Source of the DNA: Lingula anatina
Taxonomy: Eukaryota > Animalia > Brachiopoda
Length of the DNA stretch: 64,000 nt
Direction of reading: 5' to 3'
NCBI GenBank assembly: GCA_051362555.1
Contig: CM120642.1
Location: 32,860,001-32,924,000 of the forward strand
Positions 12,851 through 27,701 of the stretch are shown here, piece by piece (positions within the stretch are counted from its first letter, which is position 1; each line of letters opens with the position of its first letter). The notes beneath the pieces were generated by a model. It saw only the letters and a list, made by a program, of their open reading frames with translations. It was not told where the DNA came from and made no database searches. The position numbers were made by a program, and so were the translations under genes.

Positions 12851-15800
12851 ACTATTATAGAATCATGTTTAAACCTTGTAAAATCTCTCTTTTAAGCATT
12901 TGATGGCTTTAAGTCCATAGTTTGAAAATACTTCTAACATCATAAAAGTTGCCATTGTTTTATCATATTTGATTAGCATTAAAATGAACTGTTATCCAAA
13001 ACAGCATTTATCATTACATGCATCCTATTTTTCAGGAGGCAAAAGGCAAAGATTTGGGCAGGCAAAGTGTTCACTTGACAGACGATTCCAGGAAAACTAC
13101 TCCCAGGAGAGCGGGAAGTTACGCATATATAGTAGGACTAGTGGATCTGGCTGAAAGTACATTTAGAGAACATTTCCTGGGCCTTTCTTGGATTATCAAA
13201 ACAAAAAATCAAATTTCCTTGGATTATCAAAAAACTTTCAAAAGACAAGCGCAACCAGCACAAAATGTTATAATGGAATAAATTATTAAAATTTATACCA
13301 TGTGTTGTTCTGTTTATCAATATATTATTAAATCGCCGCAATAAATATTACATTAAAATACGTAACAAAAGAAGGTAAAATGCAGTCTTTTCTTAAATGA
13401 AAAGGTTTTAAAAGGTTATCTTTTGTATCTGAAAAGTTGCACAAAAGGCATCTGAAAGTTGGACTTTTTAGCAGGAAAAGGTAGAGAAATATGGGTCATT
13501 CATATGCCTTTTAGCATGCAAAAAGTTGATGAATGATGAACTTGAGAATACCTTTTCTTCAAGCAAAAGATCGTCTTTTTGCAGCAAAAGGTTTATGAAA
13601 GTTAAACTTTTGTGTAGAGAAAAGGTGAAGAAAAGTGGGCCATTTGTATACCTTTTCACTTATACAAAAGTCATTCAAAAGATCGTCTTTTACACCTTTC
13701 CTAAAAAAACGAAAGGTCTAGGAAAGGTGTGAGAAGGTGAATAAAAGGAGGCCTTTTGATCGCCTTTCAAGATTTATAAAAGCTGATTTTTCATGCAGTG
13801 TTGGTTGTTTATCCGAGGTTGTTTTTATCATTTTTTCACTATTTGAATACGCCCATCTTTTTTATATAAAATTCTGTGTAAACTCAGTCATGTAGCGGTC
13901 TATCTGGATACTTCTTCACAAGTACTTGTCTCATAATTACCGTTAAAAGAAGATATAAAGGATTTTTCCCTGAAAAAAATATCTCAACTTGAAGGTGTGA
14001 GGTGCCATTATAGCTAGATCTATTTTCTTAAGTGGAATGACGACGCTGTACAAAGCGTTCCCCTTGATATATATTGTTTGAAGTCGGGAAATTTAAAAGT
14101 GGAGTACTTTCTCTGGGTCTTGCTGCCTCTACTCGAGAAGGCAGCGGAACAGTCTTGTATACCCGCCACACCGCGCGGCGGGGCTTTAAACGCGCACAGC
14201 TTAAAACAATTATCCTAAGATTTGTTTAAGCAATAGTAGACACAAAGAAAATATTTATCTTTTATTTATTTTGGCCCGTTGACTTCTAGCGTTTACCTGA
14301 AGGTCGGGCAGTTAGAGAAGCCAAGATAAACGGACAGGGAAAGGGCGACCACTGGGAATCGGGCGGAGATGCAACCATTGCCTCGGGTTGCTGGCGGTTC
14401 TTACAGACCACGTTGTATTTTTTCTACCTTTTTTTTTACCCCTTTATCAGTAAAATCTGGTGCATAATCACACATCTTCCATCGTGTTATACTACTTTTT
14501 AAGTTTTTGTCGAATAACCACTTTCAAAGCCTTGTCCACTATTGTTGTTAATAATGCTAATATTAGCGGTCAGCTGTTGGAGCCGTCATTGACGTGTCCA
14601 AGTACAATTTCTAAGGTCACAGTGCTGCGATTAGCGTTCTTGATCCGGGCGACCTGGGTCCTCAACTCTGGGGCTATTATCATTAGATACATATACATTC
14701 CGAGCAGAGGTAGTAAGTGCATCTTTATGGATTGCTAAAGATCTTGAACCTAATGTGGTTCTAAAATGCAAGCAAGATGTTAATTTTTAATGATCAAAAT
14801 TGGCCGTATGGATTGTTCTCTTTGAGCAATCAAACGAGAGAGAGCAGAAAGATATTTTGACGATAAAACAATTGTTATATCCGTCATATCAAACAATAAA
14901 GTGAAAAAAGTGATGAGATTTAAAAAAAAAGAAAAGAATTTATCCGGGCAAATGCTAACACCAAGGTGTCAGAAAGCTCAGGTCAAGAGATAAAAAAAAC
15001 TGGCCCGGTTTTCAAAAGACGTTAGCGTCTGTGTTGACGTTGTTTTGACACGAGAAACCCGAGCCGTCTTTCTGGTTGCTGTTCCCCAGCATGCTGTTGT
15101 TTACCCACACCCTACCTCTCGCGGTTTCCCTATATTCTCACCACTTCTTTCGAGATTGTCCAAACGTGTTTTTTTACCGTATTCTCTCATCAGGTCGGGA
15201 AACGAGATAATAATATAATTTCGGGCACAGTGGTTGGATCAGTAAATTCAGTATCAACTTAGAGCTGATGTATTATTCTTTGTTTAAGGCTGAATCTGGG
15301 TGGCTTGGTCGGAGATCGGAAAGCCGGAATTATTTTGTTTTGATTCATTTCCAGGTCACCGTCCGTCCATTTTGTCTTTATTAAACTGAATCCATACTAA
15401 ATTTTTTAACTGAGAACGTCGTGTGTGTTTAACCTTTAAGAGAAAATTAAAATATTTTTATTTAAAGGTACGAAGAAAGTCAGGTAGAAAGAGATACCAG
15501 ATTTCATGACGTCAATATCGGGTGTGGAATTAGAATAAGAGATCGAAAGCCCGTTGAGGCTATTGCAGAGAATTTTTATCTCAAAGATAAAAGAATTCAT
15601 ATGGGAATGAAAATGACATATCGATATCCCGTTATAGCTATTTTCAGGATATACCTTTTTCCTCATCCAAGTTAGAAAGTATTCTTTCTGAAAACTGATA
15701 AAGAAAAATCCTGAATATTAAAGAGTAAATATGGTAATGAATATGTGCCAATAAACAATTATTCAGCGTCTTAAAAAGAAGGAAAGAAAAAAAGAAAGGC

Positions 15801-18137
15801 ACATATTCCGTGAATACCATTCTTGACAACACCCATTCCGCCCCGAAAACTTCAATTCAGTCCGACACGTTGAATGAACCAAGTGCAGGCCGGGCGACCC
15901 GCGGCTTTCCGATCAGCCAACATCGAGCTCGCCCTCGAAAAACGCTACGCGCTTGCTTGTGCTGCAAAACCGTCCCACGCTGAGCGGATCACCGAACGCT
16001 TGAAGAGACTAAGTACTTGGAGGAAGAAAGCTCTCCACTCTTTAGATCTTCAAAGTAACTCGGAGTAATTCATTTGATAGAACAACAGCGTTCTTGTCTT
16101 TGATAGATAAACAGAGGTGCCGCGTACAAAGATGGGCCGCTCAAGTACTTTTAACACCACGGCCTCACCCTTGCCCTGGTCCAGGTCCGTGACACGGCTC
16201 ACGGGACGAGCTGTTCTGACCAAAACGCTGTTAAATACACACTGTCTTTCTTCATTCAGCGGCTAAATAATGAAACACCAATAAGACATTCAGGTTGGAA
16301 AGTATCTTAATGTCTTCTCTTCAATAACGGCGATTCATTTCGTACCTCACCCCCCCCACCCCCCACCCCCCACCCCCACTACAACATAGATCATTTATAG
16401 GATATTGCAGTTATAGGAACCACTAAAAATGTAGCAAACGGAGAAGATTTTACAATCAAATTTTGTTTTTGTTTTTATCTTGTTTGGCACGCAAGGGACT
16501 GCTTATTAGAAAGTATGAATATTGTGAATTCCCATGGGTTACAAAAAATGCAGAAGACGCATCATTTGTCATATAGAATATGTTGATATTATAAGTCCAC
16601 ATATGATATAGCAGAAATACGTCTATTCTTTTATTCCTTATAGCTTGTTTACATGTAATTTGCTCGAAGCCTTTCTTTTTTTTTGCTGAGTAAATGAAAA
16701 TCGGGGTGTTCTCTTCATTGCGTTCAGCATATCCACTTTTTAATTTTTTAATTTTTAAATATTTTAATCAATTCACATTTATTAATTAATTTAACATTAT
16801 TTACTCATAAAATACTGCAACAAACAGTTTTTATTTCACTCTTATAAACAAGTATTCAAATATTGCTTTTCAATATCGACATTTCTGCACTTAATTTTCT
16901 CTAATCTAATAATAATCTAATTTGATCCGAACATCATCCGGCCCCATTATCATATCTCCTTCGCTAATTAATCGTGTATCTTCTCAAGTGTTCCTCAAGG
17001 TTTAAAACCCACTGAAGATATTCACATTAACGTGCTCAGGGCGCGTTCTCACCAGGTCTAACTAGAACCGAAAATGAACTTATTGGCGTCAACTGGCCAT
17101 CAGATTATATATAAGGGAATTGTCCTTTAAACTATTAAATTCTACGTTCAAGAATCTGTTCTTTTGGTGACGTCATCCCGTCTATTTCCGGTCTAAGTTT
17201 GTCTAGGTTTGAACACGTCGTTGGGTTCAGATCAGAGTTCTGCTCTTCACAAAGACACCAGCCAAGCATGACGCTCCCTTCAGTTCCCATTTGTATGTTT
17301 CTGCTTGATTTCAACAACAAGTGTTTCGTCAAGTAAGAGATGAGAGTTGCTAGGTTTCTAGCCAGGCTTGGAATTTAGGCTTCGGCGGGGTTGTGGGGGT
17401 CGTAAGGGTTAGGGAGTTCGGTATGCCGGGGGCAGATAGTGGAAGTGGGGGGGGGGGGGGGGGTGACGTACTATTTTTGACACCTTAACGTTCGGTATAT
17501 TCGGTCAAACTGACATGTTTGGTGAAAGGGATAACGACGAAAAATGAAGGAGAGATAGACGAAGGGATGAATGAGTGCTAGGCGGATAAGACAAACGATG
17601 GATAAATAAATGATGTTATATGGAAAAAGAAAATGGTCGGAATTTTGAGAGGTAGTAATATATCTGACAATAGATGGTTTATATTAATATCCCAGATATA
17701 TTTCCCCTTTTGTTAGATGTATGAATTGGTTGTCACAGAGGTTGACGGTCAAGTATTCTACAGGAAGCAAATACGCAAGAAACGAAGCCCGCAATGTATC
17801 TTAAACAACGCTAACAGCATAAAAACATTTTCATTTCCTGCTTCAAAAATTGCACGTTTGGAATCGCTGCCAACTCTTTTCAACAGTTGCCGCGAAAAAA
17901 AGCAGAAAGAAAACACATTTAAAACGGCTTCATGAGATTAGAGTCGTTAATTTTCATTAAACAACCTGTTGATGGCTCAATTAAATACAGAGGGAGTTCA
18001 CGATGCGAGATTCCGGTAGACAAAGATATAGATATTTTTTGGTATCACATAGCTCCACTAAAATTAAAACTTATTACAATGAACTGTTATCAACTCCTCA
18101 CATACATATATATATATATATTTTTTGCTTTTCTTGG

Positions 18138-18306
18138 TTAACAGCCTAATTCAAAAAGTTATGGACAGATTTTGTTAAATATTTCAGAACGGCTCAGAAA
18201 TGGACTAAATGAGACTTGATCAGATTTTGGTGGTTATTCATTTATTAATATTATATTGAGAAGTGAGTTGCCGTAGCAAAGGTTTGGGTTCTTTGAGTAC
18301 TTTTTT
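18138..18306 (-). mobile_element. Degenerate partial copy of the HINE-like element
   Basis: Reverse complement matches 53200-53372 in blocks (CAAAATCNGTCCATAACTTTTTGA, CCACCAAAA, AAAAAAGYACTC). Confidence 0.55.
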
Positions 18307-21300
18307 CTGGTCACTGTGCACCTGTATGTTTTATTTTTTATTTTTTGTTGCCAAAAGGTTTTTTTTTTTGCTCGATATGTACTGTACATCAACTTTTCCA
18401 TTCTTCAAATGAATGAACCTAAATTCATTCTTTTTCTAGATTTTTAATTTTCATTTCGTTCCGTTGGTAATATTATTATTTTTTTTTTGTTTTTTGTTTT
18501 TGTCACTATATATTTTGATTGAATTATTACTAATAAAATATTTTATTTATACATGATCTTTCAAAAATCGCATCTCTAACCTTATTTTAATTTTTTTTTT
18601 TTTGCTTTATTTATTTTTTGTTTTTGTACCACGTATACATATATGTTATTGTCGAAAACTAGAAGAATAACCTTAAATAACCCCGAGCACTGGTCTCGTA
18701 CAAAAAGGTGAAAAAGTTTTATTTTAGCCAACAGAATGTAATGCTATCTCAAATCGCCATTATAAATTCTCTTTTATCCTTTTTTCTGCTTTGTCAAAGT
18801 CTCCTCAAAATTTTTATATCATATCAAATTATGTTATAATATCTATTTTTGTCAAAGTACATGCGGGTCATACAAACTGGAGGCAAATCTCCCTTACAGC
18901 CTGAATACGGGCAAAACAATAGGCCATCATTTTTACAAGCAGAACATCTGTCATATTTAGTTATATCGCGTCAAGAAATTATGAATATGATATCAATTCG
19001 ACACGACTCCGGGTTCCCTTAGTTGGCCTCGAACACAATACTTGTGCATGTGTCTTTGAAATATGACGCAAATTTCATTTTACTCGGCTAATAAAATGAT
19101 TGATATGCATTTGCAAGGAGTAGAAGGTACGGACGCACTCGTGCGTGCAAACATGCATCACAGCGCTCACGCAAATGCAGGCGGGAACAAACGTACGCAT
19201 CCTTACGTGAACGCACGAGCGAGTACATTGGCACACGTTTGCAGCACGTGGAGGTAAAAAAGGAAAAGACATAACATTGTTAAAAAATAAGCGCGAACAC
19301 GCACACACCCACACACACACACAGAGAGAGAGAGAGAGAACTAGAAGTACCTTAATTCTAAATCTAGAACACAGACATTCACAATTTTCCGCTCCGGAAG
19401 CTACGCCTCTTCTCTCCAATCAACCATGGCGACTCTACAGCTAGATTAACTTGTCCCAAACCTGTCGTTTACGGAAAGGGACGCGAGTCATTTGAGCTGG
19501 AGAGGTCAGAAATCAGACAGGGTGAGACCTTAATGGAGACATTGTGGAACAGGCGTTCTATCTCTCTCTCTCTTTCTCTCTCTCTCTTATTTTGTTTCTT
19601 TTTTTTTTTTCAACGTTCTTTATTTGATGCGTCATTTAAGATATATTTCGTGTCAAAATCTATTTGTATTCTAGATTTGTTAATTTCTTTAAGCGCGGTA
19701 TCGGTTGATATTAACATGTCATGTATGATTTTTTTCTTTAAATTGTGCGTAATATAAAGGTCCCATCTTTTTAGTTACTCCATTCAGTTACCTTCTTGTG
19801 CTGAAAAAATTAAAAGATTAAATCCTAAAGAATATAATATGGAACATGTTGTTGAAAAAGTAATAAGAAAAAAGCTTTAGATTATTTAAATAGTTTATTA
19901 AATGCAACTTCATTTGAAGAGCGCGAAAGAAAAGCTTTACGTTGCCTTTTTTAGAAAATAGGAAAAAACTGCTTAAAAGATATATTTAAAATTTCCTCGA
20001 ATACTGATTAATATCAAACGAAAATTGATAGAAAAGACTGATGTCGTTGCTTAAATATATTCAACTTCCGATTGATAAATTTGCGGAATATGTTGCATTA
20101 TACTTTTACAGAATCTTTAACATTAAGATCAAAATTCAAAAATGTAATAAGACTCCGCTGAGGAAAGTTGAGATAGTTTGTTTTAATCCTTGCCGGAATT
20201 CAGCATAATGTCAAACGTGCAAAATGATGCAAGTAGTATAAATAGTTCAATCCGATGATAAAACAATCTCCCGTACTGTGCGTGGTACGAAAAGTTTATT
20301 CGCACTAATCCCGCAGTGAATCGATCGTCTGCGTCTGTTTTGCATTCTTAATTTTTTTTCCAGAAAACAAGGTTCGAAACCGGTGGAAGGAACTCATACA
20401 AATAGTTCAATAGATTTGCGATGAACCCAATTTTTCCAAATGTCAAAATTACAGAGATACCGACGTCGGTGCTTGAATCTGACTGTTACGAAAAAACATC
20501 ACCAAGGCGCGCGGTCGCTAGAAAAAACTCCAATACTCACCTTGCTAACACTCGAACGCATCTGGCTTTGACTCCAGCTTTCTGTATCTTAAACTTGCGG
20601 CAGTACGCGTTCAGAAGGGTTTGAATTAGAGAAACATATACGAAACACAGGCACAGGATCGGAGCTCGTGGGCCCATCTGGCTCTCGTCTGTTAGCTAAA
20701 TAGCAAACATGATGCTTAGATGTTCTTACAACGTTGGATACAGAAGTTCAGTTAAAGGCTGATTTTTCGACATACTCCGGTCAGTCAGAGTCAAAACGAA
20801 ACAGATGGTGAAAAAACATCATAAAATTCTCGGCCACACGAGACTCCGAATAGTTGGCACGGCGCATGGGCCGTATGTTTTTCTAAAAATCATGTTTTGT
20901 TTGTTTTGATAGGGGCTATAATAAGCTGTAAGTAATTCACGTTCCTCTTGAAAATTCGATTTATTTGCGTTAATTAGACGGGGCTTAATCTTTTTTGTTT
21001 TATAATGGGATCAGTGTGTGAATGCCCATGGCGTTTTTAACAAGTACACAAAAAGTGCGTTTACAGAGCACATATGACATACAGACAAGATACAGGCGTC
21101 GTTGATTATAGAAAGCATACCAAAAATGGAACTATTATTGCACATTGCAGTGAATTATGTCCGAATCCGCAATGTTTAAAATCCGAAGGATTTTCTTTAT
21201 TTAATGAAATCCGGGGGTTTACATACACTTGTGCATGTCGTGTGCCACCCCCTTAGCACATTTGGTAACTGCTCGCGTTCTTATAATACCACATAACACG

Positions 21301-24300
21301 GTATTTAATTAGTAATAACTAATGTAAAAATGTACTTCAGCTTGGCTTCCACGTTGATGCAGGCAACCTATAGGTACTGAAATGGGCAGTGGTTATACCT
21401 GATCTCTCCATCTCTGTCTAGTTTCAGCTGTACCGTTCTCTAGATAGGATTATTGTTTATGAGATACATATAACGTCTAATATACATTTGCATTCCCATG
21501 CCCTTAGTTTCTCATCAGAATGCACGGTTCATTCTGTTGTCTTCTCGTACAGCATATAACGACGGGCAGCCAGACCACCGACCGTACGTCAGGTCCAAGT
21601 GACATCACAGGACAGACCGACCACGTCGTCAACAATAGGACGGCGGTATTAGACGTAAACGGCGGTGATCGCTGGAAAGCCCGACGTGCGATAATGCTGT
21701 TTATATATGAGATGCGGTTGGACTGTTTAATTATTATTTTTCTGTTTGGAGTTGAGCGGAATTTATGTGTGAAGGGGGGGGGGGGGGGGGTGATGAGAAG
21801 TAAGAAAGCACACAGGTAATGTGGAACAACTCATCGTCAACTTTTCCAGCAATAATTCAACTTAAGCTTCAATCTACGCTGTGGATACTTGTAGCACTAC
21901 TAGCAATAGAACCCCTCTCTCTTCTTTCCTTCCAAAAAAACTACCTGTAACTCTGTATGCAGTGTGTTCAGCAGGTCGAAAGCCTTCGTTAATCAAACCT
22001 ACATGTTAATAGCTCCCACGTCTGATCCGTTACCCGGAATTACAAAGCCTCGGAATAAAGTTCGTGTTTTTTTAACTAAGAGCACCACCACGATATTACA
22101 ATGGCGATGGGAGATCCACCACCATACACGGAGACTCTCAGGGCAAAGTTTTCACGACATACATATTCTTCTAACACTCTGAAACTAATAGTAAAATCCG
22201 AAGCCTTCAACTCAGCATATCTGAACCTTGTAAAAACAGGTTTATGTTTGTTTACTACGGTAATAACTCTCTCCTTAACGACACCGGTCGACCTAAAAAC
22301 GCGCCTCCTGTGGTGTAAAAAGCGAGCTACACGCCGCTCAGCCCAGGTGTTAGCTGCTATAAAGAATGACAGTGTAAATCGGCGGAAACGGTAAACTCAG
22401 TCTCTCTATATTTTGCCCGTAAAATAGACGGCTGTGTTTTTAATGTCCATTTTTTTTTTCTATTTTCAAAATAGTTCCAAATCTGGATGCGTCTTCATTA
22501 CTATGGTCCGTTAGAAATGACCAAGGTGGATGTATCTGATGCTTATAGTGTATAATTTTTGCACATGCATATTACCGAAAGTGTAAGAAAATGGAACTAA
22601 TCTATGTTGAAAATGCATATGCCATAGAGAGAGGATCATAAATGAGATATCAGTAGGAATGAAGTTTATCTGAGCAAGGGTTATCTTGGCCTCCCCTAAA
22701 AGGCAGGTATAGATCATAAGGCAGGAGACACATCCTCGACACTTAATTCATAATTTTCTCTAGATTTCTGTATTTATGTCGCTTTTCCTTCGACGAAGTC
22801 GAGGGCAATCTAATCCGCATGTGCTTTCTGCACTTATAAAAGCACCAAAAACGCGGAAGACTATTTTATGACCGGAAACATAAAGTTTAAAGAGTAATTC
22901 CTCAGAAAAATGAGGACGGGGCAGATACAGGACGTGGCACGTGCCACGCTGACCGCGGTGCACGGATGGACCACCTTAGATAGAGATAAATAAAATTCGG
23001 TTGTCGGAGTTGAAAAAAAGCTAATCTACACACCACATTTCGATCTGGAAAGATGACCAACTACGAATATGCTAATACTAATCTTCAAATAACTTAATAT
23101 TGGTGTCGAATGGATAATGTTATTCCCTCAAGCAAAAAACATCACGTGCAGTTGATTCTCTTTAGACATCGCTTTTCTGAACAAAAAAAGAAAAGAAAAC
23201 AAAGACGTCATCAAAATCCGTTTTGAGAATATTCCGAACACAAGGAGAGACAAAAAATATCGCGTGAGAGAACGTGCATTTTTTATATCTTTGATAAATC
23301 TGGCCTATTCAGCATTACGAACTCGATGTACTTACTTTATGTTTTATCTATGTGGCGGATAATTCGCCCAGTAGTGAGACCTGCTCTCTATAAAAAGAGG
23401 GCAGGAAACCCGCTGAGGAACAAGGTTCCTTCAGACGCGAGGACAATTTATGACCACGCCAGAAAGAATTGGAAAGCTTCTTGCACTGCCCTCCTCGCTT
23501 TAATATTTAGGACTATTTTTTATTTTTCTGTTTGGTCTTTTTGTCTGCTTATTCATCTAAATTAAAATTTTAATCTCGCGTTCGTCTACCTTTAATTCAT
23601 CTGTACACAGAGAACGTACGGAATAATGTCGAAGTGGCTCAAAGGTGACGTCATGTGCAGACTTGGATCGTGTATTTAACCAAAATCAGGATTATTTGGG
23701 AAAAGAGTAAAAAATAAAATGCAATGGTAGTGAAAACCAACTGATTTTTAAGATAAAGTGAAATTAAAGACACGGCGGTTTGGGTGGGAGGTTAATGTAA
23801 AACAAGTAGAAAACATCTTTAGAGCCGTCGCAGTGAGCGGAGCGTCGAACTCAAGCCGGAACATATTGGCGTTTGTTATTTCATGTCGAATCTAAGCTCT
23901 GTAGTAGATAGTAATCAAGCTAAGCACATCCATAGAAAACACTTTGTCTGCAATAAATCCTGCACCCGCCGGTGGTCCCACTCCGCTATAGCGAAAGGGC
24001 GTGAACCACACAGTTTTGGTCGTAGATAAGCGCGACATAAAGTAGTTCCCCGCGGTGCGCTACAGCGTGTTTTTTCTATAGAAGCGAAGCGAAGTCGTGT
24101 TGCATCAAAGCTTGTATACCTCAACCTGTCAACGAGGTAAAAAGATGACTGAATGCACGACCAACTTCGATTAACGTTTCACCGGTCATTTTTCAGTTTG
24201 AACTCGAAGAAAAAATGTTGGATTTTGAGTTTGCTCTCGCCTTTTCCATTTACAGCAAAAAGGACTCTTCCCGAGATGTTTGATCGAAGTTTTGACAGAT

Positions 24301-24703
24301 CCAAATAGTTCCATCTCCCAATTCTTACTAGTTTTATTTAAGATCCCATGCTATAAAACAAAAGCAAGATGAGGTGTCATTAACGGACAGTGAGAACGGG
24401 CACGCCCTTCAAATAACGCAAAATGGAGAAATATCTATTAATTGAGCAAAACACCCATACAAAAGATGTTCTTTGAGTTGAACCTTCGGAACACTTTTGC
24501 ATTTTACGGCTCGATGATTGAATGAAGATTTTTTGTTACGAATGAGGAATAATTCGTCTATTAAAAACTGGTGACATAAAAGCCAAATAGGCTGTGTGTC
24601 TTGCTTTGTCCTCAGTTCCTCGGGTATATAATGGTAAATTCCAGTAAAATGCACCCGACATTTTGGTCAGCTTGAAATAGATAGCCTTTACCTTAGTCAT
24701 TCA

Positions 24704-24707
<4 letters not shown>

Positions 24708-24762
<55 letters not shown>
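24708..24762. repeat. (GA)n microsatellite
   Basis: GA run with one interruption. Similar runs occur at 8566-8626, 27557-27585, 30526-30554 and 43100-43124. Confidence 0.9.
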
Positions 24763-27555
24763 GCGTATTCTTAATGATTTCATGTTAAAAGTATGCAATA
24801 GATACCAAAATCAACATTGACAGAAAAGTGCCGGTTTAAAATAGTCATAACGTAATTTTCTGCCTACGAGGTTTCTGGAAATAACACTACAGACTGCATA
24901 TAGTATATAATATAAGTGCAAGAGGCCTCCTCAGACAAGGGCAGCGACAGACCGGAAAGGAACTGAGGATACGGCCAACTGAATGCCAGTGGGTTTTCCT
25001 AATCTTACTGTGTGTCAGGCCAATGACCAACCCAAGAACGTGATTAAATAGGCCTGAAAGGCCTGTTGTATGAAAAGAGCAAGAGCCTTTTTTTTTAGAT
25101 ATTTCTCTGTTATTTAGGAATATTAAGACTTTCTCGTATGTACAAGTTAATTTTAACCAGTCTAAAGAACCTTGAATTTCAAGACTAAGGGTCTTCTAAA
25201 GAGAGTAGCTTAGAGGTGAATCTTATACTATTCTGTTAATCACCGACAACCGGCATACATGTATGTATATAAGCAGCCCGATGACGCCAGTTTGTCTGAA
25301 TTCCATTCCAAAGTAGCCTTCGTCTGAACAGACCTTAAAGTTATCCAAAGATGGACGGGTGAAGCCTGTTTACGGTGATAACATCCCGAGGAAGGCCCGT
25401 CCACTGGGGACATTCAGACCAAAGCTCTGACCACAATATTTTGACTCTTGAAATGAAATGAAAACAAACCTGTCCCCGCGGTCATGTGTAGGGGAGAGAA
25501 AGCTTGCCTCACCACACCAAGAGAAATGTCACGAACAATTACACCTAAACACGTAAACGGCTTGACTAAAACATGAAGTCAATGAATTAATCCGTAAGAG
25601 ATGGAAAACCGAGTTGTAGCTCCCGCGGGGGATGTTTTAGCAGCTTCCCTTCAGCAGCAGGAGGCGGTGAAACATCGGGGTTGGAGACAGGTATAAGACA
25701 TCAACATACTAAACAGAATCTGATCTCTGATGTTGCAATATAAAGGGTATGAAATATTTTCACCCTACACAGGGTCGGTTGATGATGTTTTTTTTTCATA
25801 GTTTTCTATGACATAAAACTCAAAACGATTCAGCAATGTGATGTTTAGTGTGAGTAAGTTATATCTAAGAAAATATAAACACTTTCTCCTGAAGCAAATG
25901 TGTAAATCAAAATACAGTTTTCAGATGTTTAATTAACAGGCCGTGACTATAACAATCCCATTATTTTTAAGCATGGCTTTATCATAACTCAGTGTAACAT
26001 GTATTCAATATCTAGGAAGAGATCATTGTTCACCATTAGCTGGGTTCACCAGCACACAGAACACAGGTACCCGCTACCAGAGTGGCAGATATTATAAGGA
26101 AATTTTGAAAAAGCCAGAGAATGAAATGACGGTCCATTCATCTAAAGACATATCTGTGAATATCTTTTGAAAAATCAATCTGTCGCCCTGGTAGGGGGTA
26201 GAAAATAGGTTAGAGGTGCCATCACACGACCTCAGGTTTTATACTTCGAGGTACTGGATCGCATTTGAAACGAACCATCTAGAACATTCTGCATACAGAC
26301 AGTGCAATACCATATCTGTATCCGGGTATCTATTGTATACATCGTATTGTACTTACGTTAGTTTTTGGATTCAGTTTGCATTGGCACAAATCAATCTCCA
26401 TCTCGGTGTAGTTTGTAATATATTTTATTCGGCAGTTTGTCCTTTAAATATATATGTAGCTGTTAATGTAGCCTATCGAATTCTTAAATAGGATGTAAAC
26501 ATTTTTGTTGTCGTCAATTCTGGTTCCCTAAGATATCCTATGCTTCCAGCTTAAGGGCTTTTACATCATAGAAATGAAAACAGAATGGACAGTCCAAGCA
26601 ATGCGTTTGACCGTTCAATAGGTGTAAGTCAAGAGAAGGAAAATGGTCTTACAAAGTATGCTGTTTAGTATGTTCAGTTCACGAATTTCAGTTCAAAACT
26701 CAAAATAGTGCCGGTGGAAAATGCTCAAATATTGGAAACACTAACAAATTTTGTTATTCACACTTTTTCGCGCCAAAACCCTCAAACGACCCATTTAATT
26801 AAAGGGTCTATCCACTCGCTGCCATACCATATTAAAACGCGCCGTCAATTTGCGTGTAATAACAGCACTTATATGACGTAACACAAGTCATTTATATTAG
26901 TGTGGCGGGAAAGGAGTGAAATTGAGTCTGGGCAACGTTTTTGCATAACTCTTGAACTGTCGCATAAGTCACGACATGTACAGAGGAAAATACATTAAAA
27001 GGCTAAGAAAATTTATATAGCGTATACGCATTCTTCGTTAGCAGTTCTTCCTGCTCTTACATGTTGAACGGCAGACATGTTTTCTTAAGGATTGTACTAA
27101 TATTTTCTTGAGCGTTTCGTCACTGTGGAAACAGTCGGTATTGTGGTAACTTAAAAAAATCGCACGACCCTCTCATGGACCCCAGACCAGACCGGAGATC
27201 GGATTTCTTCAGGAAGTTTTCTCGAGGAAAGGTAGTATGCTTAGATTGTCATGTGCCACTGCTGTGGCGGTCCTGATCGCAGTAGAAGTGTGGGAAATTT
27301 CACAAGGTGTTCCAACACCTCTTTTTATTCAAGTCACCAGCCCTCTGATTAGATCTGCCTATTGCAGGGAATGCGCACGTCGCAAGGAATTATTGTCTGA
27401 TGTAAGGCACACATTTGTAAACTGTAGTTATAAAAACAGAAAGCGTAAATGTTTATGCTGAGAAGAAGGAAAGAAGAAATGAAGAACTGGTAAAGAGTGA
27501 AAGGAGAAAGTAAGAAGAGAAGGAAAATTGAAATACGGACATTGGGTTGGTTACC

Positions 27556-27586
<31 letters not shown>

Positions 27587-27701
27587 ATAAAAAAGATGGA
27601 GAGGAAAAAAGAAATGAGAGACATAAAAGACGTATAAATGAAACACGAGTGTTGTCAGTTCCTGCTCATCAATTTCTTCTTCTCGGTGTATACACTAGAC
27701 A

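Larger units (their letters stand above)
8662..13800. mobile_element. 5.14-kb non-autonomous CACTA/EnSpm (CMC)-type DNA transposon
   Basis: TIRs CACTGCATGAAAAA / TTTTTCATGCAGTG, 3-bp TSD TTG (8659-8661 and 13801-13803), dense subterminal AAAAGG/CCTTTT motifs at 8670-8960 and 13370-13790. No intact transposase ORF. Confidence 0.85.

Noticed and set aside
15153-15170. GATTGTCCAAACG, a partial match to miR-219
   Set aside because: First base and 3' end mismatch; no complementary arm.
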